Below are positions 12,737-27,759 of a stretch of 64,000 nt of DNA, piece by piece. This DNA comes from Yuukianura sp. NJ FZ-2021 (Eukaryota). The stretch covers positions 4,340,001 through 4,404,000 of the forward strand of contig CM102285.1 in the NCBI GenBank assembly GCA_046563655.1, in the 5' to 3' direction. The translations under genes were made by a program, and so were the position numbers. Numbering within the stretch: position 1 is the stretch's first letter; each line of letters starts with the position of its first letter. The notes beneath the pieces were generated by a model. The model was not told the DNA's origin and did no database searches. It saw nothing but the letters and a program-made list of their open reading frames with translations.

Positions 12737-13290
12737 GATGACATGGATTAAGTGATGGTTAACCAACTTCTTCCAAGAAGGCATAGAAAAGTATCACCAG
12801 ACGATTCGTCACTAAATAGTAAGTTGACAAATCGATGTCTACTGGACAGTCACTGCCAAATGCATATGGTTGCTAAGTGGTTTTTGTTAACGGGAAAAAA
12901 CGCGAGCCGTGGGCGTAAGCGCAATTCCGATTAGCGAAATTTCGATGAAATTGGATGAAAAATGACGTCCAGGTTTTTAATTCTAAGAAAGGTGCGCCAT
13001 CTGTTGTAGAAACGGGTGACCAAGGCTTCCTTGTCACAAACTTTGGAAGAAAACAAAAGGATTTGAATAATCGGAGCGAATTCTGTTGCGAAACTTTAAC
13101 CTTTTCATATTTGACCTTGATAGAGGCACTTGAGGTCAAATAAACAATAGCGTTAAGGTCCTCGCCCATCCGTAATCGATGACCGAAAACCGCATCCGAA
13201 CCGGTTCAATTGTTCGCAAGTTATAAGCGTTACTGCATACAGATGGACGGACAATACGATCTCGTAAAGTATCTACGATACTTAATAAAC
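12737..13290. repeat. HINE-like interspersed repeat, copy 2
   Basis: Closely similar to 6280-6828, with the same microsatellite plus AAGTATC..GATACTT hairpin end. Confidence 0.6.
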
Positions 13291-13579
13291 TTCTTGCAAA
13301 GACGATGTAAATAAGTATCGTCAGATCAATTATAGAGAGTTCCCGCGCGGGATATTGTTGACCTAGATCTCTGGTATTGTTAGAGGTCACTTGAGGTCAA
13401 ACAACATTCGGAATCTTAGTCCTCGCGTCGGCAAACAGCGATGCCTGGAAACCACTTCCAAATCGGTCCATCCTTTTTCCGAATTATAGAAAAACGGAGG
13501 ACCTTGAGCCTTGACCCTGTTAGAGGTCACTCGAAGTGATCAAAATCGGATCCCCGTAAACCGCTTCCAAATCGGTCTA

Positions 13580-13767
13580 CCGTATTTTCCCTAATAGTAC
13601 ACCATACCTAAATAGTACACCAGGTCCCTAATAGTACACCAGGTCCAGGGGCCGAAAAATTAATTAGTACACCGTCTCTAATAATACACCAGGTCCCTAA
13701 TAGTACACCACCCCCAGAAGTCGAAAACAAAATTAGTACACCAGGTGTACTATTTGGGAAAATACGG
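13580..13767. mobile_element. pogo-like MITE, TA target site
   Basis: TA|CCGTATTTTCCCTAATAGTACACC ... GGTGTACTATTTGGGAAAATACGG|TA, with internal AATAGTACACC repeats. Confidence 0.8.
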
Positions 13768-14029
13768 TATCCTTTTCCCAACTTGTACAAAAAATGACTT
13801 TGACATTTGACCATGTTAGAGGTCACTCAAGGTCATCAAAGTTGGATATCCGCAAACCCCTTCCGAGTCGGTCCGTCCGTTTCCGTAATATAAATGGAGC
13901 ATAATCTTGCCCTTTGACATAATATAGAAGTCACTTGTGATCAATCCAGAAACTGATTTTTCGTCACCTGGTTAGTAGTTACTAATTAAAAAAACCGCTT
14001 AGAAATCAATGCAGTGGTTATCGAGTTAT

Positions 14030-14625
14030 AAGCATTACGGACCGACGGACAGACAGACAGACGGACGGACAATACGATCCTATAAGTATATAAGTATCTG
14101 ACGGATCCTATAAGTATATAAGTATCTAACGATACTTAAAAATGTACTTGACCTTGACCTTTGACCCAAAATTTGGCTACTTCCGGTCAAACCAGAAACC
14201 GATTAGTCACACCTGTACCATGTGAAGGTCATCTGCAGGTTGAAAATCGGTTCAGTGGTTCCAGAGTTATAGACGCGCATAGTATGAGCGACGCCATTTT
14301 GCAACTTGCAGCGTCTATATCTCTAGAACCGTAGGTCGACGGTCAAGGTCACCGACAGAAAAGTTGTTCCTCTCATTGAGATGAACAACTTTTGTAGTGG
14401 CCATTTTTCCAAATTCCGTCGAAAATATACTTGACCTTGGCCTTTGACCCGGAAGTTGGCCACTTCCGGTCAAACCGAAAACCACTTGTTCACCCCTGGA
14501 CTATGTGTAGTTTATCTGTGAAGACAGATTGAAAATCGGTCCAGCGGTTCCAGAGATATTGTGGCTAGTATACAGACGGACGGACGGACATTGCGATCCC
14601 TATAAGTATCTGACGATACTTAATA
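14030..14625. repeat. Stacked HINE-like element ends and a reverse-oriented relative of the 7438-8075 element
   Basis: GACAGACGGAC microsatellites with AAGTATC..GATACTT hairpins at ~14070-14140 and ~14590-14625. The interior matches the reverse complement of 7510-8070. Confidence 0.55.
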
Positions 14626-15170
14626 ATGTGACTTATGATGTAATAGAACAGAGATGTGACTCACGAATAGAGTGTATATTAAAATGTGAACAGAACTGTC
14701 ACGACCAATCGTGATTGTACTTTTCTTTTCCAAAATCTTTGCCAACGAGGAAAACCTTTTGGCGTGATCTCGAAATTTTGAATTTATAAATTAAAGTCGA
14801 AGAAGAGTCTGGTGGTAGCAACGAGGAATCAGTCCTTTACTTGTAATTTGGAATTCTGAATTAGGTTTAGAAAGAAATATTTTGTGAAAAATGGGTATAA
14901 GGTGGTTATTATCGCCTTAGCGTAACCATGGCGAAAAAGTCGATTCTAGGAATAAGCGAACAGAATTTTCACTCTGAATGTCAATAAAAACCTCAGTTTT
15001 CAACAGACAGGTTTTTAATGTTTCCAATTATTTTGCAAGGTAAATATTTCATTTGAACAAAACCATTGCTACATGATTAGCCTGATATTTCGTAACATGG
15101 GAAAGAATTAAAAGTCAAAGTATGAAGATTAAAGTATGAAGATTTGGAAAACTTTTGTCTAAGCTGAATT

Positions 15171-15916
15171 TCAACACCCACAGCCACATCGGTTACATCC
15201 ACATCCACAAGAACCTCCGCAGTTAGCATTGGAGGTTGCAGAACAACCCTGCTGAAGACTTGCATTGCTGATCTGACACAAAACTTGATGCGTAACTGGG
15301 TTGGACTGAAACCATTTTCCGTAGCTACTTGTGCCCTTTCCTGTTGGATAGGAGCGAAGGTACATATAGTCGTTGGTCGCATCTCCTCCTCCTCCGGGAT
15401 TTCCAATGGGATCCCCCCAGTTAGCGTACGTAAAAGGCGTACCGTCGGACCAAGTCCATTGGCCTGAAGCTCCCAACGGTTGTCGACGACCACCAGTGAC
15501 GAGCCAATCGGATGCTTTCGGAATAACTGTGGCGGAAATGAACGCATCTTCTTGCGACGTTTCAATGTTGGCTAGAACGGCTCCAGCATCTTTACATAGT
15601 TTGTCGGCATCTGTCCACGGCATGGCAGTCTTGTCCATGATCTTGTAACATTTTCCCAGGGGACTTGGGCCGTCCCAACCATTGGAACAAGTTTGCTCGG
15701 AGAAAACGACAAATTGCACTAGAGAAAGGTACGAATTGAAATTATATACATTGATGCATTGAATCTTTCGAGCTTTAGAAAAGCATTAGTTTTGATATAA
15801 ACTAACTCAACCTGATTACTATTAATATCAATAATATGGATTAATTAACGAAATAATAATTCTGAATTTAGTTCGTTACGGCAAAGAATTGCAATGGCTT
15901 GAATTGCAACGCTCAT
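15171..15916 (-). CDS. Secreted C-type lectin-domain protein with Cys-rich tail, copy 2
   Basis: Same two-exon structure as copy 1; tail CSATSNANCGGSCGCGCNRCGCGC*. Confidence 0.9.
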
Positions 15917-16642
15917 GTTGTCGAAGTGGTTGTGTCAGCGACTCGTGACCTTTTAACCTTTGAAATTACTGCAGGAATTGGTGTAGAAAGTAACAACTGG
16001 AATATTTGTGAACAAAAAGTTGAAATATTTATATACGGCTGTGCTTGCCGCAGCATCGCTATCTTTCCTTAATATTGCTTTTAAGGGCTTTTTATCCTAG
16101 TACTAATTTGTTTTAGATTACAAATAACATTATTCCGCTTGTCACTAGTTTTAAAATTTCGAAATGACCGTGAACTTTTTTCACAGTTTTTGTAAACGTT
16201 TCTCCTCAATCAATTAAGCTAATTGCTCTCTTAATTTGTTATTCACTCCAGTTATCTATTTCCTCCATAATTTTCTATAATTTCCAAAATATTATTAAAT
16301 TCTATTTTTTTTAAGTATTCATGTACATATGGTTCCAATTTAGATTGGAGTTCTACTTCCAAGTCCAAACGTTATAGGTATCGAAACTTTAAAATTCAAT
16401 GGAGTTAGGAGCATTGTATAATAAAGACTGCCCTAAATCTACCCGATTATACCTCCAGTGTCCAAAATGTTTGATTTTGTAATGGCTCAACGTACTTTTT
16501 GAACACTGGCAACTGACTTTAAGGATTAACTGTTGACAAAATGAGCAAATTATAGCGGAAAGAAACCTCCGTATAATTAATTAATGTTAGCAACTTAATG
16601 GAATCAAAATGTGTTAAGTACAGGAATTAACAACTCAATTAA

Positions 16643-17031
16643 GGCTATGACAGACGAACAAGAAAAGTGCGGGAAAATTTTGATGCCATCCAAATTGGCA
16701 GCCTCATTGGTCGTCTGTCATATGCACCGATATTGGTGCACCCCATGTCGTGCACTTGGCCGATTTTTCTGCATGCACCAATAAAGATTCCTCGGAGGAA
16801 TCTTATTTTTGGTGCAGTAGAAAAATTGGCGTGCTCTGATTGGCCGGTGGGAGATTAAACCTTATTTGAACCCTTCCCGCCTCCTTTCACTTTTACTTCA
16901 TCAATTTCGGTGGCATGAAAATTGGCAGTGTGTTTCTCCCGTTATCTAGCTTGTATCATTTATTCAAAACTTCCCCAATTATCTATCGTGACACCAGTAT
17001 TGTTCCCTGAAATTGTCCGTCTGTCATAACC
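16643..17031. mobile_element. Short TIR element with GG termini at a TTAA-like site (Kolobok-like); truncated copy at ~11428-11695
   Basis: TTAA|GGCTATGACAGACG ... CGTCTGTCATAACC|TTTA. Confidence 0.55.
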
Positions 17032-17502
17032 TTTACTTTTCAATTACTTCCTTACTCCTCCTGGAGTCTAGACTCCAGAGTCTAGAATCCATGTTCTGCC
17101 TATGCTACTGCTAAAAAATATACAAAAGTAGCCTTAGGTCTGCCTGACGCTGTTGCGGAGGACTCTCTCCCCTTGGGGTAGCAAACTCGATTCTGGAGAA
17201 TGACTCGAACTCGAGTATTCGTCTTTTTTTTTCAGACTCGAGACTCGAAGAAGCATTTCAAACTCGAGTCTCACTTTAAAATTGAACCGAATTGAGGGAC
17301 TAATTATCTTCAGCCAAATTTATTTTCTAGGACGCGGTAAATTCGTCAGTTCAAAAAATCGAATACGTTTGACTTAATTCGATCAAAGTAAATCCAAGAA
17401 TCCTTTTCATTATCAAGCAACTGCGTTGCTGCTTACGGAATATTCTTCTCATTTGGAGAAAGTACTCGAATGTATCGAGGTGACCAATTCTGAAAGTCAT
17501 GT

Positions 17503-17835
17503 TTGAAATCATTTCTAGAAAGACGATCGAAATTAGTACGGGATTGGTTGGACTTGAAATTCCCAAACCGTTGGATTGGCCGCGGTGGGCCCATTGCTTG
17601 GCCGCCAAGATCTCCTGACCTTGCTCCGTTGGATTTTTTTGGATTTGGCTACATGCGACAAAAAATATTTTTATCGCCCAGGGCCCAAACCCGTCACCAA
17701 TTAGAGCAAAAATTAACAAATTTTTTTCAAAACGATATTTCTGCTGAAATGTTAGCGAACGTTAGGAAAGGGTTTTATGACAGGCTTCATGAATGTTGGC
17801 AGGAAAATGGACAAAACTTTGAACATCTTCGTTAA
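17503..17835 (+). pseudogene. C-terminal fragment of a Tc1/mariner-superfamily transposase
   Basis: VRDWLDLKFPNRWIGRGGPIAWPPRSPDLAPLDFF carries the WPPRSPDL motif and third catalytic Asp; the N-terminal part is absent. Embedded in a GACTCGAG-rich element of ~17174-18428. Confidence 0.85.
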
Positions 17836-18754
17836 AACGTAACAAAACAAAAATCAAAATAAATTTTGGAAAATTTCTGGATTGAACGGAGCAGGCGCGG
17901 CGCATAATTCTTTGCTTTGAGTGAAAATTAAGAGAAAACAGAGAAAGTAATTACTAGGGGGCTTGAAACACTCGGTATGTTAAATACGAAATTTTAAGCT
18001 ACGTTATAGAAATGGTTAATCCTACAACTAATGTAGTAATTTTATATGTTTCGAGAATGGTTCATGATTTTGGAGTTATAGTTTATCCCGTTTTAGAAGC
18101 CTATTTTCTTTTGTTGCTTTTAGGTTCAACAGCGACGCTTTTTGCGAAACTCAGTTTTTTAAAAACACCTTCTCAATTAGGTGTGTAACAAAGTTTTAAC
18201 AAATTGATAATTTCAGTGTTAACGGGTCTAAAATTTTTTTTTTACAAAGAAAAGTAACTCCGAAGAAGAGACAAATCGATGTTAGCGTCTAGCGTAATGA
18301 AGGAATCCACATTTTTTGCTCCTTTAATTGCTCATTAAGTATCCAAAGCAGGACTCGAGTATAGACTCGTAGCCCAAATTCTAGACTCGAGACTCGATTC
18401 TCGAAAACTGGACGAGTTTTCCACACTACGTTTCACACATTTACACAATTAGCCGTTGCCACAATTCAGTTGACACGATGGCGGGCTCCTGTAAAAACAA
18501 CCAAAGTATCTATTCCGACCGAATTAAGCATTGACTGTCCACTGCCGTCTTCAAGAAGATCTAAATGTCAGTTTAATCATTAACAAAACTGTAAAACATA
18601 AATTGACCACCAAAAAGCAGCAAAAATAATTCGTAGTGAGTGACGACAAGGTCCCTAAATAATTCCTGCCTCGTTTGTTACGATGCGAGAACCCATTCGA
18701 TGAATAAAAAAAACCGAAAACAAAAAGACAGCAACATTATAGCAAGAGATGCCA

Positions 18755-21700
18755 TTAGATTTCTTCCGCTGCAAGTTGACATAGAGCATGAAAGTCTGCA
18801 TCCACGTGGCGCCTCCAAAATGCTCTATTCCTTGCCCAATCCTCGGCTGGAAAACAGGGACTGGAAATGCCCTGGAAAATTTTAGCAACGGCTCGACTGC
18901 TAAATCCCAGGTCTCCATGATTCTGCAGCAACTTCCGTATATCCTGTCGAATCATGTCCTCTTTAGCTGGGTCGCATGTAACGGTTGGCTAAACAAACCG
19001 AACAACATTCCAAATTACTCCAATTAAGTCTTAGATTTTTAAGTGTATTATTTCAAAGTTGCGGTTAACTTCTGTAGAAGCAGAAGCTTACCGGTTTCCA
19101 TTCCGGCAGAAGCCCTACGTCAGTGCTGTTAAAATACTGTAGAATCAGATTCTTCAGGCTGTCGCTCTTATCTTCTATGTAAGATTCTAACACCTCCTCC
19201 ACCGATTTGCAGGAATTGCTGAATATTTCATAAATGAAAATATTAGTCGTGCTCATGCATTTCAATAGCAAAGAGAAGTATTTAGTAACAAAACGCTATT
19301 TTTGTAGAAATTAAATTAAGCTTTACCTAAACAGAGATTCGTAAATTCGATTCAGTTGAAACAGTTCCATTTTCTCTTGATATGTGTTCCTGTCATGAAG
19401 GTAGTTGAGAACAGCGTCGGATTCTTCATTTGACAAAGTTCCAAGAGTAATCATTCGATAAGCCAAATCCGAAAACGCAACAATGATTCCTGACTTCCTG
19501 AATCTAGTTGCATTTCCTGCAAATACAAATAATGCTGTTAGTGCAAGTGCAGTCCAAGAAATGTCACACAAAACCTTCACATAAATAAACTACAATCCGT
19601 TAGAAGTAGACAGTCAAGGTTAATATACCAGCGGCATCAAACTGTGTCCCGGTCCACTCCAAACTCTTCAGCTCTTTTCGCATCTGAGTACTAGACCAAC
19701 CCAACGTCTTCGCAACTTCGACAAAATTAAACTCAAAATGCACATCGTCGTCCTTGAATTTCTTTTTTTCCTTTTGAACTGCAATGGCAGCTGCTAACGC
19801 TGCGCACTAACACAAAAACACAAAATGTTAACGTCCAAAGGAACCCAAAAAAAAATATTTTTTTTCTAGAGATTGCGACAGCTCACACTTCTAGCTGAAC
19901 TCTTCAGCAGATTGGTGCCGCCGTAGGATTGAATTGAGCACATGTGGTAACATTTGGGCAGCACATTGATCAATTTCCTAGCCGGGTAACGCTCAAGATA
20001 ACAGATAAACGTCTCAATATTTTCATCTGGCAAATCCAGGTCCTTCACTGTCTGTTCCACGGAAAACGAAATTTCATGTCCAGGACATTGCTTTTTCTGA
20101 GCAGCCTTCAATTCTGGTTCTTCTGCCAGAATCTCGCGTAATTTTCCAGTGCGTTGGCAGGTACAAGATCTGAATATTCGGCTCAGCAGTTTTCGTAAGG
20201 TTGGTCGATCAATTGAATTAGAATAGATGTGACGTTTCAATTCACAAATGTCCTTCCCCTATAAATACAAATAATGGTCATGGATGGAAGACGAAAACCT
20301 TAAAGTGGGGTAAAGTAAATTACTTTGCTGCTATCAAGGAACAGATGACACTCCGCAGGCAGACCGTCTCTCCCAGCTCTTCCGATCTCCTGAATGTACG
20401 ACTCGAACGTCTTAGGCATATTATAGTGGATTACTGCTCGAATATCCGACTTATCAATACCCATCCCGAAGGCAACTGTAGCAACGACAATACGAATTTT
20501 CCCTGTAATTCAATGATGAGTCAAAATGATATGGTATTTAAATATTTTGATGAAAACTATATCGTTTAATTTCTGATTTTGGAAATGTTACCTGCCATAA
20601 AATTGAATTGAACCGCTTTTCGACGAGCAGATGTCATTCCAGCATGATACGTTTCACACTCCGTGGATATTCGACGCCTAGAACTTTCTTTTATTACGCC
20701 ATGTCCTTTCCCCTGGAAATTAAAATACGAAAACAAAACACTTATTGCCATTGAACATTTAAAACCGGAAGAATGTAATTGCAGTGATCCAGTCAAATCA
20801 ATAATTACCGTCGTCATTGTACGAATGAGTGTGGCGATTCTCTCACACTGTTCACGCCGCGTGCAATAAACTATGATGGAGTCACATGCTTCAAATCGTT
20901 TACTATTCAGAAGCGCAATGAGCGCGTCTTCTCGGTCCGAATCTCGAGAACAGCTCAACCTTAAGTTTCCAGGAACAATTTCCCCTCGGATGACAGAATT
21001 TGGATCAATTCGTAGATGATCGCAGACACTATGAATTGTATAATTGGTTGCAGTGGCTGTCAATCCAAGAATAGTCTTCACATTTAGTCGTTCTCTCAAA
21101 ATCTACACAAATAAACTAGTAAATTATGAAGTCATTGATTATGTTTTCAGGATTTCACACAGAATTGCTGCGCATGCGCTTCACCTGACATAACCTCAAG
21201 TAGGATGGTCTAAAATTGTGTGACCATTCTGAAACGCAATGAACTTCGTCAACGCACGCAAAAGCCACTGGTGGAAACTCGTGGATATTTCGCAGCAGTC
21301 CGAACAAGCCGCCGCAAACAGCTTCGGGGGAAACCAGCAGAATTTGTAACTCCTTTTGCTTAACTTTCTCCACCACCAAGTCACGTTGCTTCGCTGACAT
21401 GTGCGTGTGAAGACATGCACCGGAAAGAAACGGTGGAATGCTTTGAACCTGTGATACGGTAAAATACTCACAAATTTCAAACTGATGAATTGACTGTAGA
21501 CTTAAAAACTGAAAACCATTCATACCTGGTCTTCCATAAGCGAAACAAGTGGAGAGACACAAATAGTGAGGCATCCTGGATACTTCTTAGAGTAAACGTA
21601 AGCTGGTAGAAGGTAGCACAAACTCTTTCCAGATCCAGTCGACAGGACGACGAGGGTAGACTCTCCTCGCAAAACGCGGGTTACAGCCTCCTTCTGTCCA

Positions 21701-24422
21701 GCACGAAACTCATTGTAACCAAACAGATGAAGAGCTTCGTTTAAAATGGCGGCGTCTTCTATTAGAAAAAATAAGAATTAGTGCTAAACTGAAACAATAT
21801 TGTGCCATTTGGCTTTGGCAACAAGCTTATAAGTTACCTAATTCTGGAACAGCAGAACTTTGACTGTTGCTCGTAAAAACGGGCTGGATGTAACTACTTT
21901 CTTGTGAGTTATCATCATCTCCTTGTTTCAAGCAATTGAGAGTATCGAATCCAAAGGACATGGACGCATCTACTACTAGCTGTGAGTCTGCTGGTACCGA
22001 ATTAATCGAATCTTGTTCAAATTGACTTGAATTCCCTTCAACATTCATAGAGACATCCACACTAGTGTCATCGTCGTCGTGAGAAACTAAAACCAGTGTG
22101 TGTTCATCAGCTTCGTTTTCACTTCCATCCATTCCGTCCATTGCGTTGGCCACGAATGATATTTCTGAAACGAATTGAGAAATTGATGAAGTTGCCACGG
22201 CTGGCACTGCGACGGGTATCTCTTTCTCTTTGTCTGCAGTATCTGCATGACCGGACCCAAAAATCACCGTGCGTGTCAAAGCCGCTTCAGTAGCTTTCTT
22301 ACTCCAAATCATTCGTGCAGCTTCCTCCAGAGTTGGAAAAGGACTGCTGTCGAGTACTTCCGTTAAAGAATTTTGGTTAAGCAGGAGATCTACAAAACAT
22401 ACAAGCAAAATTCGATAATCCCGATTCATATTCTCAAATGAAAGAAAAATTACAAAAGTGACGTTTGATTACCTTTCACGCAAAATTTTGCAAAATGACC
22501 CACCCCGCCGCACTTTTTGCATTTCAATAGACTAATTTTGGATTCGGCAGCCGCCTGCCTCTTCTTCAGCTTCCAATTTTGCCGTTTGTTCATTATGCCA
22601 GTGACTTTCTTTCTTCCACGTACAAATTTCTTCTTAGTGATGTCAATGCGCACAAAATTTTCATTTCCTTGCCTGATTGCATTAAAATAAGATAATGAAC
22701 AGTTTTAAAAGTTGAGTACAGAAAAATAAGAATAAATAGTAATAAACTTACTTTTGACGCATCAGTTTAATTCGTTTTTTAGGCTTTTTCGCACCGTTAT
22801 CTCCTTGGTCATCGATAAAATCGAATTCGGAAAGCTCCGAAGCCTTTCGCTTTTGTGGTGGAACTCTTTCCATTTCCTCAAGCATTTTGTCGATTGCCCC
22901 AGTAGTGTTTCGTGATTTCTTTGGACCAGATTTTTCTCGAGGGAGTTTCTCTTTTTGCTGGGATGCTTTGCTTGATTTTGTAGTCTTCGCAGTCTTTTCT
23001 TTGACTTGGATTGGTTTTCCAACTTTCTTGGCAGTCTTTTTCTTCTCTCCGCGTTGTTTTATATTTTTAACGTCCGCCTCCACCGGTCTCGCAGTTTTGA
23101 AAAACTTATTGTTGAACCGAGAATTTTGAACAGTCACCTGCGTAGATTCTGCCTGGTTAGTTGCTTGATCCGGAAGTGTTGAAGAACGTGTCAAGCTTTT
23201 GCTCGTATTGTCAACCATTTCTTCGGACATGAAGGAATCCGAAGACGACTGAATCTTATTAGGGAAAGATTCAAATGTGGCACTCGAATGCTCCGAGACA
23301 AGACGATTCTCCAAATTGATTGCTCTGCTCAATGGTTTAACTCCTTCCTCAGTATTTTCAGTTTGCAACATGGAGCTTCCTTCACCTTCAGTATCAGCAA
23401 TTGAACATCGATCTATCCATGCTTTGTTGACAACTCGAGCTTTCAGCGATGCTCTGTCCGTATGAGTTTGAATGTTCTCGGAATATCCATGTCTGGTTGA
23501 AGGCACAGTTTCCTTAGATATGGTGGCGTTTGGTTCGGGAAGAGGACCAAAACTCAGCCCAAGATCAATGACCAAATCCATTTCGGATTCCTCTGGAACA
23601 TCCTCTTTTCGATCATACGTCTCCACAGTTTTCCTAACATCCACAAGGATACTGTCCATTTCGTTTAAGAAATCTGTACTTTCTTTATCTGTAGCAGTCT
23701 CCACAATCGTCGTACCAGACTTGCCACGCGGCCTTGAAAATGTTTTGGACAATTCCTCTACTTCTTTCACGAATAATTTAGAGCTCAGTTTACCAAAAGG
23801 AGCGTCATCGTCAAGTTTTGAATTTCGTTTAGAAGGTGTTCTATAAGTGAATTTGAGATTAGGCAGAATTGCTTGCATTCTCGGCGAAATTAAGGATTTC
23901 ATTGGAGTAGAAGGGAGTGGGGTAACACCATCCATTAGGCTTTGATTTCGAAGTAATTTTTCCAGTGCAGGATCGTACTCCTCCACGCATCCTTTCGAAC
24001 TAAAGTTGCGCCTCGAAAATATTCTCCCAGGACTTTCGACTGTTTTCTTTTTCTTAACCTCCGACACATCCGAATGGTTTCCAGCATCTCTAGTTCCTTT
24101 GCCAATTTTTAGTAGCAAGCGCTTGATTTCGAGATAAGTAAGGTATGCCACTTGTACTGGAGTCGGAGCTAATCGGAAGTCATTCTATGACAGAAAAAAA
24201 GAGAAAGTTTAGAAAGATCATGGTTCAGGATCATTGTAAAATGCAATGAGAGGTACGTAAGGGGCAAAGCGGATATGCACGGAGAAGGATGTTTACCTTC
24301 GTCGGTTGTTTCCCTTTTTCTCGTGTGAATGCCGTTTCCCATTTCAAGACAACGGCTTTACATTGTTCGTATTTTCGCTTATAGGTGGATGTCTCTTTAT
24401 TATCGTGAAGAGGTTCTTCCAT
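18755..24422 (-). CDS. RecQ4: ATP-dependent DNA helicase Q4 (multi-exon)
   Basis: Sld2-like N-terminus ([16 protein letters not shown]), zinc knuckle [69 protein letters not shown], and RecQ4 C-terminus [22 protein letters not shown]. Start ATG is tentative. Confidence 0.93.
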
Positions 24423-25521
24423 TGATTCCGGTTTTGTACGTGCCGCAGTTACCAGCACCTACTAGTTAAAATTAGTTACTCCTGGAGCTCTGCGAAGTTG
24501 CTTTCTGCTGAAGATTTTGACGACGCGAATGGATAGATCGTGTTCCTGAGACTGAGGATAAGTGGTAAGATCGCTACCTGGAAAGTACGAAGGAATGATA
24601 ATTATTAAAAATGACGGAGTGATGGATTGCTGGACATAAATATGAATTACATAGTAATCAGGGAGGGAGACAATGAGATATGTTAATGAACTTACTGTTT
24701 TACGTTTGATACCGGGGAGCGGGGATAACGACCAAATTGAGACGATATAACGATTAGATAACTTGACGAAGAGATGAGATGAAGATGCTGAAGCTGATGG
24801 TTGAATTTTGAAGGCAGTTTAACCCAGTCATCATCAGTTGTGTCGTGTGCTTATGCAAAACCAGCAGCAGCAACAGTGACAAACAAAAAAAAACAAATGA
24901 TGAAATGAAAGGAACGGGACATGACATGGAAAACCGCCTGTTGTTGTTTTCCCGCTGATTCTTGCTATCAGCTGATGTATAACGGGGAATCTGAGAGCGG
25001 AATTTTCCCCTCAAAGTTGATGAAATTCCTCGTCGGAGGGAGAACTCAAAATGTCAAGAAAAACCCAACCCTGCAGCCCGGTTGGAGAAATCTGACGCTG
25101 CATTCGATGTGACCGACAGGACCATAATTATAATTATTCGCGCGTGTGTGCACCCCCATTTATTGCTTGTGCCATATAATCGGTCTAGCGAAATGTTAAA
25201 TAGTTAGTTCGCCTACCTCCTAATTGTAAATAATTACAGTCATCATTTGGGGTTGCAGCAACCCGTTTAGCATACTTTTCAAAAATTATCTAGCTTATTT
25301 TCTGAAAGTACGAAGAATTTTCTAGTTTTAATTTCTCGAACTTTCGAAATGAGTTCGACCAAGCTTCAATTCCGTTCGATGGAAACAAAAATTGCCGCGT
25401 TGATTAAGGATGTCGGATGTGAGGTTATGAGCGGGTTACATGAGCGGGTTACAACATATCAAACGTTGATTTAAGTCATCCGTTGCCCCCCACCCCACAC
25501 ATTGAGGAGTTTACAGATTTC

Positions 25522-26208
25522 GGTTGAGGTAAACTTTAACGGCACCCATTGTAGCCGCACAGTGTAGCCGCCGGCGGCCATCTTGAGTGGCTACAATGGG
25601 TGGCTATGCTTGAGCGGCAACATTTGTAGCCGCCCGTGGAGAATTTTGCCTTGTAACCACCATATTGTAGCCGCACATGCTAAATAATGCTGGCAACACT
25701 GTTTAAGAATTTAAGATGACCTAACCTATAGACGAAACTAGTACTGCGAACTTTAAACAACCTAACCTACAGACATAATCAGTATTGCGAACTTTAAAAA
25801 CCTAACTCCGCGCCTTCGGCGCGGGAAAATATAACAGGATTAGAATTTACTGCATCAAAAAGTATATGTTGCCAATCTAATTAATGTTTTTTGCTGCATC
25901 ATTCAGAGAACTCATTTTTATTTTCCCGAGCCGAAGGCGCGGCGTTAGGTTAGGGTAATTACTTGACAATACCGATTAGATTCGAGGTTTTCGTTCACAT
26001 TATTGTATCTCGAGAGTAAATTCTAAAACATTGTTGCCAGCATTATTTAGCATATGCGGCTACAATTGGGTGGCGACAAAGGAAATTCTCTCACAAGCGG
26101 CTACAAATGTTGCCGCACAAGCGTAGCCACCCATTGTAGCCACTCAAGATGACGGCCGGCGGCTACACTGTGCGGCTACAATGAGTTCCGTTAAAGTTTA
26201 CCTCAACC
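25522..26208. mobile_element. Long-TIR (~200 bp) non-autonomous element with 8-bp TSD (Merlin/MULE-like)
   Basis: GGTTGAGGTAAACTTTAACGG ... CCGTTAAAGTTTACCTCAACC, flanked by CAGATTTC / CGGATTTC. Confidence 0.8.
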
Positions 26209-26433
26209 CGGATTTCACTCATTCAATTCATGTTGAAGTAAAGTTGAACATTGGAATGACCTTCTCTGATCTTGTTCACTAACAGCAGCAGTAACAGCAG
26301 TAGGTTAGGAAGTTACATCACTGGTTCCTCTTTCACTTTACCCTCGGACGTCTGTCCAGTAGGAAGAACGAAACGTCTCAAAAAATTGGATTCCATTGGA
26401 AAGGTCAAAGGATCAAATCTTAAAATTTTCATA

Positions 26434-27759
<1,326 letters not shown>

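Noticed and set aside
20713..20810. Stop-free in-frame introns in RecQ4 (also ~21451-21526) and in the mucin-like gene
   Set aside because: Short 3n introns lack stops by chance; canonical splice sites restore the conserved sequence.
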